64,000 nt of DNA from Adineta vaga (lineage: Eukaryota > Animalia > Rotifera), in contig CP075493.1 of the NCBI GenBank assembly GCA_021613535.1, positions 9,052,001-9,116,000 of the forward strand, given 5' to 3'. A program made the position numbers and the translations under genes. The notes under the pieces were generated by a model. That model made no database searches. It saw nothing but the letters and a program-made list of their open reading frames with translations, and had not been told where the DNA came from. Of the stretch, positions 13,718-26,600 are shown piece after piece; the stretch's first letter is position 1, and the number at the start of each line of letters is the position of its first letter.

Positions 13718-15475
13718 TTATTCAATGGTATAATAATTTTCTTGTGTTTTGCATAGATTGGTTATTTTAAATATGTTATAAAGTCCCATATTTTGATTTG
13801 AACCATTAGCGAATACATAGCCACCACTCTGACGTGCTCTTCCAGCAGTAACATGATTATAATTATTATCATTGTAACAGACTTTTTGAATTTGTGTACT
13901 TGATGTAACTTCAGTAGATTTATCACTTTCTTGTCCACCTTTGACTGCCGATACTTGATATCTATATTCAGTACCAGCACTTAAACCACTATCTGTATAC
14001 GATGATACAGCAACATTTGCAATTTTATTTCCATTGCGATAAACATTATATTGTTCGGCAGTTGAACTAGCTGTCCATTGTAAACTAATTGAATTTGCTG
14101 TAGTTCCAGTGACTGACAATCCATTTGGTGTTTCAATGGCTGGTGCTTGACCTGTCGTTTTTCCAGTAACAGAATTTGATGCAGCACTTTCACTACCTTG
14201 AGTTGAAACAGCTTTGACAGTGAATGTATATGTTGAACCCGAATTTAAATTGGAATCAGTGTATGTAGTACTTGTAATAATTTGAGTGTTAGCTTTTGCT
14301 CCATTTCTGTAAACATTATAACCTGATGCATCCGTTACTTTTTGCCAAGAAAGAGTCACTGAATTGTCTTCAACTGCATCGACTTTAAGTTGAGTTGGTA
14401 CTTCAATTGGATTGAAACCACTGACAATTCGATCGATCATTTTCTTCATTGCTGTCGATTGTTTTCCACTTTTAACATTAAAATCAGTTCCATACCATCC
14501 AATCCAATCCCAACATCCATTCATATTTGGAAATGGTGCTCGAACTGTTACTGATCGTGTACTTGTTGATACTGCTTGCGGATATAAAATAATGAAATTA
14601 TTCGTATCAGCCCATCGATTATATCCAGTATTTTTCACATATTTATCACCAATTTTTTCATAGCCTTGTAAACATCCATGATATGCAATATGTAATCGAC
14701 AAACTTCACCATTAGCACAACTTTTCGGTACATAAACCCATGCAGTTATACTCATACCATTACTTCTGGCATTACTAATAAATTCTTGTTGATCAAATTC
14801 AATAAATTTTCCAGTTAATGCACCATTATTTCTTGGTTTTAAATTTCCATAAATATGTTCTAAGATAGCTCCGGCTCCATCAAATCCACAATTACTGATA
14901 TATGGACTACTTGCTGATGTGCATGGATTATTTCCGGTACCATCAAAGTCCGTTGGAAATGTATGTGCTGTTTTTAAATCTTTCTTAAACACGACATTTT
15001 CACTGGGTATAAATTGACCTTCTGTTACGTAATATTTATACAATTGATTCATTACTGATACACTTACAGTTGTATCTGATGTACCAGATATCATATAAAC
15101 TTTATGTTTAGCAAGATTTTTAATATCATCAATTTTATTTCCACTCCATGCTTTCGTATTTGAAATCGATTTTGCTACAGATGGAGTACCCGAATACATG
15201 CAACTTGTATAACTCATTTGTGCGGCACAATCATATGGACCACCGGCAACAATTCCTGCACCTTTGATTGAACTTGAAAATGCTACATGCAATTGTGTAG
15301 CAAAAAAAGCACCCGATGATAAACCAGAAATCGATGTTTCTGCAGGATCAACATTGTATGAAGCTAATTTCTATACGAAATGGGTATTATGTCAAATTCA
15401 ATTCGAATGAAACACTAGTCTTACTTCTGCTCCATAGCAACTACTTATGAATAAAAACATCCATAAGATCGACAT
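13718..15475 (-). CDS. phaZ: Extracellular-type poly(3-hydroxybutyrate) depolymerase: type-2 catalytic domain, two Fn3 domains, C-terminal PHB substrate-binding domain
   Basis: Exon 1 (15475-15425) encodes the signal peptide MSILWMFLFISSCYGAE, followed by a 54-nt GT-AG intron at 15371-15424. Catalytic motifs: lipase box SISGLSSG, AGGPYDCA, GTSDTTV (Asp), TAHTFPT (His), HGCLQ, NGCWDW. Two Fn3 repeats (W...GYNVYRNG...YTD). C-terminal NNYNHVTAGRA...GGYVFANGSNQNMGLYN. Confidence 0.93.
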
Positions 15476-16134
15476 GATTTATTTTACTGTACTAGATTCA
15501 ATTGATGTGATGTCTATATGTGAGGAAAATATCTGCAATTACTTTTTATATTAATTGTTTCAAAGATTATTTTTACGATTATTTTCAAGTTTGACATTTT
15601 TATCATTATTATTAGAGGATTAGTTTATGATAAAAGATAATAATAAATAATAATAGCTCTATTCAAGATCAATAGAAAACAAATCAATACGATAGAAGGT
15701 AAGGCACAAGAAGAATTTGCGTTTATTTTTAGAGAATATTGACTTTTTTCTTTTGATTAACAAGAGGTGTATTTCAAGTATTTATTAATAATAAATGTCA
15801 AATCAGTATTTAATCTATCATTACATTCCAAAAACATTAAAAATGATTTACAAATAGGATCTTTTTCCTACTTTATTCATTTATCTGTAGGAACTCAAAT
15901 ATGATCGAAATGACCAATAAAAAAATTTAAGATTATTTTCATTAGTTAAATGATTTTTCAAGCTAAAAAAAGAAAATTTCTCATTATACAAACGCAATTT
16001 AATTTTTAACAAATTTAATTTTTTTTCTAAAAGAATGCGATTGTTTAATATTCTTAAATAGAAATAAAATTTAGTAAAATAATTCAGAAGTTAACGGTTT
16101 TTCTCTCTAATTAACATTGCTGATTAGTGAAAGA

Positions 16135-17402
16135 ATGTCATCGATGACTGTAAGTAAATAGAAATTCTTATCGCATTCATAGTGATCTTTATCTATATAG
16201 ACTTGTGTATCTCCTGCTCCTGAGAATGATGTGATAATTTCTTCTTAATCGAAAAGTATCATCAACAAATGCAGTAAAAACTACTGCTGGTATAAAATCA
16301 CTTTTTACTAAGAAAATTTTTCAATATTATTTCATACAATTTAGATACAAAAAGTACATCAAAACAAGTTTCAGATGTAACAAGTATCACATCAACATTG
16401 TCCAGTTTTGGTGAGTATTAATATTTCAAAAGTCATATCATAAGTTATATATTTTCTCTTTTGTTTATAATAGAAAAGACTTTCCTTTGTAACTATCTTG
16501 TTATACTAGACAGTGATGCAGAACGATTTATTTCATATCAATCGTATTCAACTGGTAATACACCTTGGTCATTGAATAGTGCTGATTTAAATCATGATGA
16601 TAATCTTGATATTGCTGTTGTTAATCGACGAGCTGCATCGGTGAGCATTTATTTTGGTTTCGCTAATGGTACATTTCAAAATTCTATACAATATCCAATC
16701 AAAAATAATTCCGTATTTATTACTCTCAATGATCTTAATAATGATAATAAAACGGATTTAATTGTTGTTCAAGCTGATGATAATTCGCTTGGAATCTTAT
16801 ATGGGAATGGTGATGGAAGTTTTCTGAATCGTTTGAATTTTCCTGTTGGAAGATATCCTTATTGGATTGATATCAAAGATTTAAATGATGATCAACGATT
16901 AGATATGATCGTTGTTAATGATAATGCAAAATCTGTTTATATTTTACTTCAAGATGAACATTAAAATATTGCACGAAAAGGAATTTATTCTACAGGTAAT
17001 TCTGTAACTGCTGTAGAGATTAGTTATTTAAATAATGATACATATTATGATTTTGTTGTTACCGATTATGATGATAATACAATTAGTATTTTATTTAATA
17101 TTGATAATGGGCTATTTCAACGACATGTTCGATATGCAACAGGATTATATCCTATAACCGTTCGAGGAACTGATCTGAATAATGATACATTTCTTGATAT
17201 TATTGTTGCGAATTATGGTGATAATTATTTCATGATTTTTTATAATAATGGTAATGGAATATTTCGATCACCTGTAAAAATTTATACAAAATCATCTTCA
17301 ACATCGATTATTACAAATGATTTTAATCATGATGGCAATATGGATATTGCAGTTGTTAATCAAAAAGAAAATACTTTAAATGTTTTTTTAAATCAATGTT
17401 AA
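16135..17402 (+). pseudogene. FG-GAP/VCBS-repeat beta-propeller gene with one in-frame premature stop
   Basis: Repeats such as ADLNHDDNLDIAV, NDLNNDNKTDLIV and KDLNDDQRLDMIV. TAA at 16962-16964 is followed in the same frame by three more repeats up to ...FLNQC* (17400-17402). The short Ser/Thr-rich 5' exons and the start are tentative. Confidence 0.75.
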
Positions 17403-17499
17403 AAGAAAATAGTTGAATGATTTTGTCATTTTCTCAGTTCTTTTATTTTTTTTTGTTTGATGAAGAATAAAAACAACGAAAAAGTACGTTTGCTTTTCT

Positions 17500-18758
17500 T
17501 TATGTTGATGTTAATTTTTCGTTGAGAACTAATTGTGCTTTGACTGCTTGAGATAGATATTGAATCATCAAAAGATCCTTCAAACACAAAAAAAAAGATA
17601 GATATATGTTTCAAAAGTAAACAATGAAACATACGTTCATGCTAGTATTGATCATATTTTCAAGATCTTTAGCATCAACCCGTGGAACCGTATTGATTAA
17701 ATTCATTAACATTCGACCAATCTTTGGATCTGATGGCTTTTTACCTTCCTATAAGAAAATTACCTTTTGTCAAATAGAAAAAAACAGGAAAAAATACGAA
17801 CTATGATTTCATCGATATATGATGTTAAATAATTCAACATAAGTAAAAGTTTATCTAAAGCCGTTTGAACTTGATCAAGTTCACTAGGTGGTTTAACTTG
17901 AAAATCTTTACTAAATTTTCCAGCTTGAAATAAATCAACTAAATAAATTAACGAAAAAAAAACCAAACTTCTTTTTCTCTTCTGAAATTCCTCATTTTTG
18001 TATTTCATTACTTGCTGCTTTTTCTTCATCATAAGCGACGATACGAACGGGAATTGGTGTAAAAATAATTCCATGTGATTTTAATTTATCCTTATCCTTA
18101 ACACCAAATGTTGCTCTAGAATAGAACGAAAGTGAAATCTTTATTTGATTTTCATATTCTACTCTACCCCATATAAGCTTTGATTTGAAAACTTGAATCA
18201 TTTTTTAAACTTGTATCAACAAGAATATAAACCGGATTTCGTGTTTCGTGAGTATAAAATTCATGAATCAAATTCGCGCCTGATATCATATCAGAACCAG
18301 TCGAATACCTTTTAATAGAAAGAGTTTATTTGAAATAGCAATAACAATTATTATTTACCATCCGACAGTTGTTTGTGTTGAATTGACTTTTCGATAGAAA
18401 TTCGCCATTGTCGATGCGTAATCAACATTATAAAGAGCCTAAAACAGATGCAATAATGTGTTTGGTTGTTTCTTTAGAAAAACAAACTTATTTACATCAT
18501 TATGTGTTGAGTGTGGTACAACGAAACTATCAACTACTTCGATTGAATCAGCTGTACGTGTACCTAAATTGATTCGAAAATTAGAAAATTTCATTATCAA
18601 TTCGAATAAAAATGCTTTTTTTCTTCAATCTTACCTAGCAATGTTCCAAGAATAGTATCGAATTTTTCACTTCGACGTTCATATGCATGAACAATATTGA
18701 ACAAAGCCACCGGATGGATGTTCACTTCAAAATTATTACTTGCCAATGTTAATGCCAT
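17500..18758 (-). CDS. EIF3F: Eukaryotic translation initiation factor 3 subunit F (MPN domain)
   Basis: VNIHPVALFNIVHAYERR...ILGTLLG...VVDSFVVPH...VGWYSTG...IHEFY...GIIFTPIPVRI...IGRMLMNLINTVPRV...MNDLLMIQYL...QLVLNEKL. Confidence 0.95.
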
Positions 18759-18814
18759 CTAAAAAATAGTATAATACATTTATACATTCTCTGAGAATAG
18801 TAAAATATATATTA

Positions 18815-20232
18815 TTATATCAATCCAGCTATACGACAGTATTCTGGATGATAGATTCCTAAGATAGGAATTTTATCAAAAGAAGTTATAGAACATTTTG
18901 CTGGTGTATTTATAAATGTTCTAGGTATTGGACATCTTAAACGATTTAATAGTCGACTAGAATTCAAGTCCCAAATGTGAACAATATGATACTGTGAACA
19001 CGTCGCAATAAAATGTTCACTATTAGTATCAATTGTAAATGAAAAATGTGGATTATTTGGTGATGTCGATGAAGATAGATCATAAGTTAACAACGGTTTT
19101 GTTGGTATTCGTAAATCAATTAAATTAATACGTTCATCATATGAACTTGTAAGTATACAGTTTGGTTTCGTTTGTAAACATTGAATTGTTGAACAAAGAA
19201 TTGGTATTCGAATGGATGATGAACGATTTGATTGTCGAATATCCCATTGTTGAAATTGATGTCCATTTGTTGTATATAAAATATTCGAATTTTCGTAGGA
19301 AAATTTCATATCATTTAGCGTCACACGTCGAATAGGTACACGTAATGTACAAATTGATTGAAATGTTTTTAAATCATAGATATAAACAAAATTATTGATA
19401 TTAAAAGCAAAAGAATCAAGTGATTTGGAATAACAACATGGACCAGAACATTTGATTAATAATGGTGAACTATGCGTGACTGTTGAAGATGATAATTGAA
19501 TTGTTTGACAATTTTCTTTATAATAATATTTCGGTGCAGATGGATTTGTTGATAACATTGATAATGTATTTGGTGTTGGAGTTGATGAAAATTGAAGAAG
19601 ACGAATACTAACATGATTTTCATCATGTAACAATGTTGTAGACATGAATGGAGACGATGCATTAATGAAGTAAGATGAACGATGATCATCGATTGGATTT
19701 GTTTGTAATTGATATGTATAATTTGGTTGTTTGAGTAGATTCAAATATAATTTATAGTTTATCATTTGAATACATTGACCAGCAGGTGTAATTATCATTT
19801 CATAGTTAACATAAGAATCCAGTGAATGTTCAATAGAAAATGATGAAGAATTATCAAGGAAACATGTTGGTGGAAGTTTTTCAATAAAATTTGAGCGAAT
19901 ATGATTATGACAAAATTCTAAATAGAAAGAGAGAAGTTTCTCAAGTTAACAAACACAAAAGGCTCAAAATTACCAACTGATTTTTGACCATATTCTCTCT
20001 GTCGAAGTAAAGATAAACGAGATTTAATTAATCTTTTCTTTTCTTTATATCGTTGAGAACATTGTTTTGAAGGAGAATTTAGTAGATCAAGTTGTTTGTT
20101 AGTCAATTGTTCTTGTCGAGCTCGATTATTGATAGCACGAGCACTAGGAACAGTATTTGATGGTTGAGACGTTATACGATAATAACGTCGTTGAACTGCA
20201 TCATAATAAAAACCAGGTATGTCCGAAGACAT
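18815..20232 (-). CDS. DCAF4: DCAF4/WDR21-like WD40-repeat protein
   Basis: N-terminus MSSDIPGFYYDAVQRRYYRI matches the DCAF4-family PGFYxD...RYFR motif. C-terminal WD-like repeats WDIR, IDLR and IWDL. One intron near 19918-19960. Confidence 0.75.
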
Positions 20233-20550
20233 TAGATGTAAATTTTGTCTAATAAAATGTACGGACGGAAGGTGTGTTAAAACTTACGAAAGATGGAAAT
20301 GGTCTTTTGTGGAACAGAGAATAAGATTGGATAAATGATGGACTTCATCGATCATCTAAATAGATGTCGCTAAGTTTTTGTCTGAATAAAACTGAATCGT
20401 ATATTTAATCTATTTCATGTTATATAGTAGTAATATATAGAAATGTATATTTAATTAATTCAAGGCAAGAAATAGAGAAGGCATACAATAAAATACTTTT
20501 CGAAAATTCGTTTTTATATGTCTACAGATTATTGTACAGTCTACATGAAT

Positions 20551-22850
20551 TCAAATATACGAAGCCATATTTGTTGGTAAAAGTGATAAAGAATTTCTTA
20601 TATATGGATATGTACCATTATTACAAAACACACCATTAAAATCATCCATATCAACTAAATCAAAATCGAATTATTGAAATAATTTATTTCTCAATAAACT
20701 ACATACGTGACCAAACAAATAATCCGCCTAAATTATTTGCTACAGCATAGGCTGCTCGTTTTTGTATATTTTCAAGTGTATCATATGATATCCAATCACG
20801 ATCTTTATACATATATTCAGATTCTGATCCATCAGGTACTGAATTCTTTATCCATCGAGGATCTGATTGAAGTAAACAGATCTACATGTACAACAGAAAC
20901 AACAAGAGTAAAAAAAGAACGCAATTTCGATATTGAAAATTATACTTCAAAATAGGATAGAAAACCAGCACTGCGCGTAAATGGACCTTCTGTACCGTTA
21001 CCAATTGTTGGCGAACGAAGTTCATTTTGATCAGCACGTGCTAATAGGAAAGTTCGTGCAAATAACGGAATACCCAGAACAAGTTTATGAGCAGGTGCAC
21101 CACTTTTCAACCAAATCGAAATACCAAAATCCTCAAAAAGAAAATATCAATTCAAATGAATGAATCAATTCAGTTATTTCCTCCACTTACTTGATTAAGC
21201 ACTGCTTCTGTACCCGTTTCATCAAAACGTCTGTATAAAGGAGCATTTAAACCTGTATGATTTTGCCATGCTCCATGAAAATCACTAGAGCAAATTCTCT
21301 CATCAATATTTACAACTATGAAATGCACTTACTATGTCATAATATTAATAAAATCTAAAATTCTAAATAAAGGAGAAAAAAAAGAATGAATAAAATCATT
21401 AAGATCTAAATGTATCTACTTAGCAATTTTATCGATTTCATAACTATTTGACACAATCTCTTGATTAGCTGCTACTGCTGCTGCAAGTAATAATCTTGGT
21501 TGTCCAGTAACAATCGATTGTGCTATAGCTGCCTCTTTAAATTCCTATAGAAAAAAGACAACCTGATATTTCTTTTTTTCTTCATAAACAATCTCACTTG
21601 AAAAAACATGGTTAAATAATATTTGTCATCAGGTAATCCACCACGTATACTTGGATATTCCCAATCCACTTCAAAACCATCAAAATTATGTTTATGTAAA
21701 AAACTAGAAAGAAAATCAACATCGAAAAGCTCTGCTTTCATTTTCAATTTTGAAACCTACTTAATCGTATCAAAAATAAATCTTCGTCGTTTAGCACTAT
21801 CGTGTACCATAATTGAAAATGCATACGATTTCATATTCCAACCGCCAACACCCAGTAATGTTTTCAATTTAGGATTACGTTTTTTCAAAGCATTTACACG
21901 ACGATAGAGATCTATTTAAAGCGATGAAAGTTGCTTATTGAAAAGAATATTTACTCGAACTACCTTCATCATTATCTTCAACTTTTCGAATAAGAAATGT
22001 TTCATTACTAATGTATGCGAATGCATAAATAATATGTGTACAAAGAAATGGATCAATATGTTCCGGTTCAAATTTTGCTGAATCAGTTCGATATTGTGAC
22101 CAATTGGTAAAATAACAAATTTTCTTGTATTTTAATTCATCTACAAAAAGAATGAATCTGATGGATAAATAGAAAGAAAAAAAAAAGATGTCTTACCTTC
22201 GCATAGGCGTAGGATAAGGATGTTCAACTGAGAAATAATTCAGTTTAGAATTTATTGATGATTTTGAATCGGATACTGATTTATCATCTAATTCCATAAG
22301 TGGTTGACCATTGGACCAAAAAATACCTCCAGCACGTTCCATACGCTAGGATAGACAATAGAATCTTCTGTTTAATTTCTCTATATTTTATTACTTCATG
22401 AAAAAATTTTTTAATCGAAAATGGTTCTTCTAGATCTGTAATCAATCTCCGAGCATCTGAAACTGGATTTGATACAACAAAATTAGAAATTTTCTCCCAT
22501 TGAGTTTCATCAGTTGATAAAGAAGAAGATGGATTAAACGTAGCCGTATTTGAAAATGAAATTAAACATTGTTGTAATTTTTCATCAAAAATTGTTCCAT
22601 CTGGACAACGATATAATGACCAACTATTTAGACCAATATAATTAAGTGCACATGGATAATACTGTGAAGGATTATTACGATAAGCACATAAACGAGGTGA
22701 TTCTATGAAAGAAAAATGATTCGATCAAGATCAACACTAACAAGAAAAAGGATCAGATTGCTTACGAGATAATTGTTGAGCAATTAATCGATGATTTAAT
22801 AAATAAGAATAAGAAAAAACGAGAATGAACATGAAATACTCACGAATCAT
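20551..22850 (-). CDS. GH18 chitinase with an N-terminal peritrophin-A/CBM14-like module; many short introns
   Basis: Signal peptide; C...YYPC...[15 protein letters not shown]; [58 protein letters not shown]; ends [16 protein letters not shown]. Confidence 0.93.
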
Positions 22851-23623
22851 GATTGCATTATGATATAAATTCGAATTATAAGTATTTATACTAGAAGAAA
22901 TCGATAGAGATACTTTTTTTGACCAAGAAAGATCAGATACAATTTCTTTTCTTTTTTTTTCTTCTGTTCTTTCTTCTTTAATCAATTCTTGATTACATCA
23001 TTGAATCTATTGGTCATTCGTATCGAGGACGAAAAATGTCAACACGAAAATCAATAGAATACTTTGGAAAAAAAACGAAAGAATATGTGCCTATCGATAA
23101 AAATTCATCATGTATAAGCAAAAGTATTTTTTCATTTTCTCATTTTTGATGAACACTTTAGTATTGTGAACTAGTGTATATATATATATATATGTGCATG
23201 TATCTTCAAACAAGGTCATTACTGTTCTTCAAATAAAACCTGCATTGGTTACATTCTCATATTTCTTATTGTTTCGATTAGGATCAAATTCCTTTCTCTA
23301 TGTGAATGGACATTTGTTTTATAGCATATAAATAGTTAACATTCGGTTGAATGAAAAAAGTTTGCTTGAACTGATTTGTCATACACTGTATGTATATATA
23401 TATATATGTTTGTGTAAGTAGATGACATTTGATGTTCAATTGTGTATGTACCAGTTTGTGTATGCATAGTTTAAGCTATTGACACGCGGATCGTTTGTAC
23501 GACGAATGCATTTGTTTGATTTGTGAGTAATACCTTTTTTGTTCAAGCGAACTAAAGATAGTTAATTGTATTGCATCGTGTCTACACTACGAATTGTCAT
23601 TGTCTTAGATTTTTGTTCTCAAT

Positions 23624-26600
23624 ATGAATTTAAATATCCGTCAATATTATTCATTGGTGTATCATCTTCGTTTTGTTTTTATCTTGATCATTATCGAACA
23701 AATAAAGATTATTGATGCAAATCAGATAAGTATGTTACAGAATTCGATTGAAAGATTGAATTAGGACGATCGAGAAATTTAGATTTGAAACAATCCTATT
23801 GTCGAGATCTTCGTGATTGTCAAACATATTTTCCCTGTGCAGTTTTTTCCAGTGGTTTTAGTTATTTATATGTTATTAAACGTTGTCAAAATGAACAAAT
23901 TTTTGATGAAACGAAACAGAAATGTGTTAAAAATACATTCCTTGATCCGACATGTTCAAAAAAGTTTCCCAATAGGAAATCACGTGTAACAACTAAACGT
24001 CCTTCGAAAATTGAACAGATCGAACATCTAACAAGTGCAGCACGAAAAAACATCAAGGTTTCACTTCGTTCATCATCGATCAATCAATTAAAAAGAAAAA
24101 ATATCGATATTGAACAAGTCGAAACAACTACTGAATCTTTAGTTCAATTATTTGATCATCAAATAAATGATAATAATCCGAAAATTCATCGAGTTTGTTA
24201 CATTACTAACTGGTCACAATATCGTCCAGGTGAAGCTAAATTTGAACTTGAATATATTGATCCGTTTATGTGCACACATATTATCTATGCGTATGCAACT
24301 GTCAATACAGATAAACCAGAAATTATTCCTATACAAAAAGAAGATATTGGTAGATGGATTTTTTGTTTTGTGGTAAACAACTTATTTATTCATTTGTATT
24401 TTAGAACATTATCGAGAACTTGCTCTTTTGAAAAAAACCAATCCAGATTTGAAAATTTCGATTCGATTAGGAGGAAAAAGTGGTCTTTATACTCGATATC
24501 TTAAACGATCAAAAAGTGCTTCACAACTTGTTCGAAGTCTTATTTGGTATTGTTTTGGTTTTCTTTCTTCTTATCAGGATGAATTCATTTGAAATATAAA
24601 TAGGTATATGCAATCATATGGATTCGATGGAGTTGATGTAGCTTTAGAATTTCCTGATGATGCTGTTCCAGAAGATAAAGTAGCATTGACAACTTTGTTA
24701 GAAGTTTGTTAAATTTTAAGAACAACTATAGAAAGAAGATTGAATGTTTGCTTTTTTTCTGCTGTAGGAAATTACAAAACAGAAACGATTAATGCCACAA
24801 ATGATTGTGACCTTAACTGTAGCACCATTTATTGATCATTTATCGAAAGTATATGATGTTCAAAAAATTGAAAAGTAATCTTCTTTTTCTAATCTTTTTA
24901 ATCACATATTATATCTTTATGTTTTTAATAGATTAGTAAACTATGTCAATTTAATGACATTTGATCTTTATGGTAAATAGAATAGATTGAATTTGTTATG
25001 ATGAAATTGACCTTTCCATTCTATAGGTCCATGGGACGAAAAAACAGGTGTGTCTGCACCATTGTATCATCAACCATATCAAGCCGAATCAGAATCAATT
25101 CGAAATGTGGTAAGACAAATGAATATATATTTACTGTTTCTTGTTTTTATTTGATCATGGATTTATTTGTAGGACGGATTGGTTAAATTGTGGTTAAGTC
25201 TTGGCGTACCACGTGAAAAAATCCTGATCGGTATACCAACTTTTGGTCGATCATTTACTTTAACTAGTTCACAAAAAGGTCTTCATGCACCAGGTACAAC
25301 TAATTTAGATTTATTGTTAATGAAAAAATACGATTGTCTATTTAGTCAATGGTCCAGGTTATCCTGGTCGATATACGAAAACGCGAGGTTTTCTTTCATA
25401 CTTTGAAGTAAGAAACCTTTCCTTTTCTTCTATATCTTTTCGAATATATGTACATAAAACTTCGTAGATATGTGAAAAACAAAGATTAAAAAGTTGGCAA
25501 AAAGTATGGTTAGATGCTGAGAAAGCTTGGTATATGACTAGTGGTGATCAATGGATTGGATACGAAGATGTAGATTCAGCCATATTGAAAGTAAGATGCG
25601 AATAAAGAATTTATAAACGGATTCAATATTTGTTCGAATTAGGCACAATATGCGAAAGGAGAACAATTAGCTGGTGTATTCATATGGAGTGTTGATAATG
25701 ATGGTACGTGAGGTATTAATAAAATAGTAATTGTAAGAAAGATTAGAAGAAAACAAACATATTAAACATAATATAAATGAGCAGGCTATGGAGAACATCA
25801 TATTCTGAGTAGAATCTATTCAGTAAAAAATTATTTATCTGATTATTAAAAGAATAGATGATGATGATGATGATGATAATGTAATTGAAATGAAATATTG
25901 ACTCCGATGAATAATTATTATTTTTTTACGTTTAGAATTCTCTGGTTTCTTCTGTAATACTGAACCATTTCCAATTACTCGTCAAGTGTTTGCTACACTG
26001 AATCTACCAGTACCAGTGACTAGTGCTCCAGCTATTGCTCTTCAATCACGTTTACCAGCTGCTACACCTATTCGTTTTGTTAATGTACAATCTCAACCAT
26101 CTTCTGCATCTGGAATGTTACCAATAAATATACAAAAATTATTAAATGCTCTCAATGTTCTATCAGGTACAACACGTTATGCACATCTCATTGAAACGAC
26201 GCCAGCACCACCGCCACCTCCAGTTGCACATCAAACCTACAATGCAGAATATATCTGTGGTCGTCATCGAATGAGTCGTAATGGAATTCATCGTGATCGT
26301 ACAAATTGTTCAATATTTTACTATTGTGAAGGTGATGATTTAAATTCTTTACGTTATCATATATTTTTTTGTCCACCTGGTCTGGAATTTTCCATGGATG
26401 GTTGTACTTGTGATTGGCCAACAGGTCATTCATGTCAATCAGGTGGTGATACGTTCTGTGTGTCACTTTCAGCTACAACAACGACGACAACAACAATTCC
26501 AACACCTTATATTCCGCAATCAGCAATCGATACATTAAGTAATCTTGGTCAATTATTAGATATATCAGATGGTCGAACATCAACTTTTGATTGTTCTGGT

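Noticed and set aside
13762-14663. Alternative-frame and antisense ORFs inside the depolymerase
   Set aside because: Shadows of the real CDS caused by codon bias.
13718-15475. Bacterial contamination as the source of phaZ
   Set aside because: It has a canonical GT-AG intron and host-like AT-rich codons, and is continuous with animal genes.
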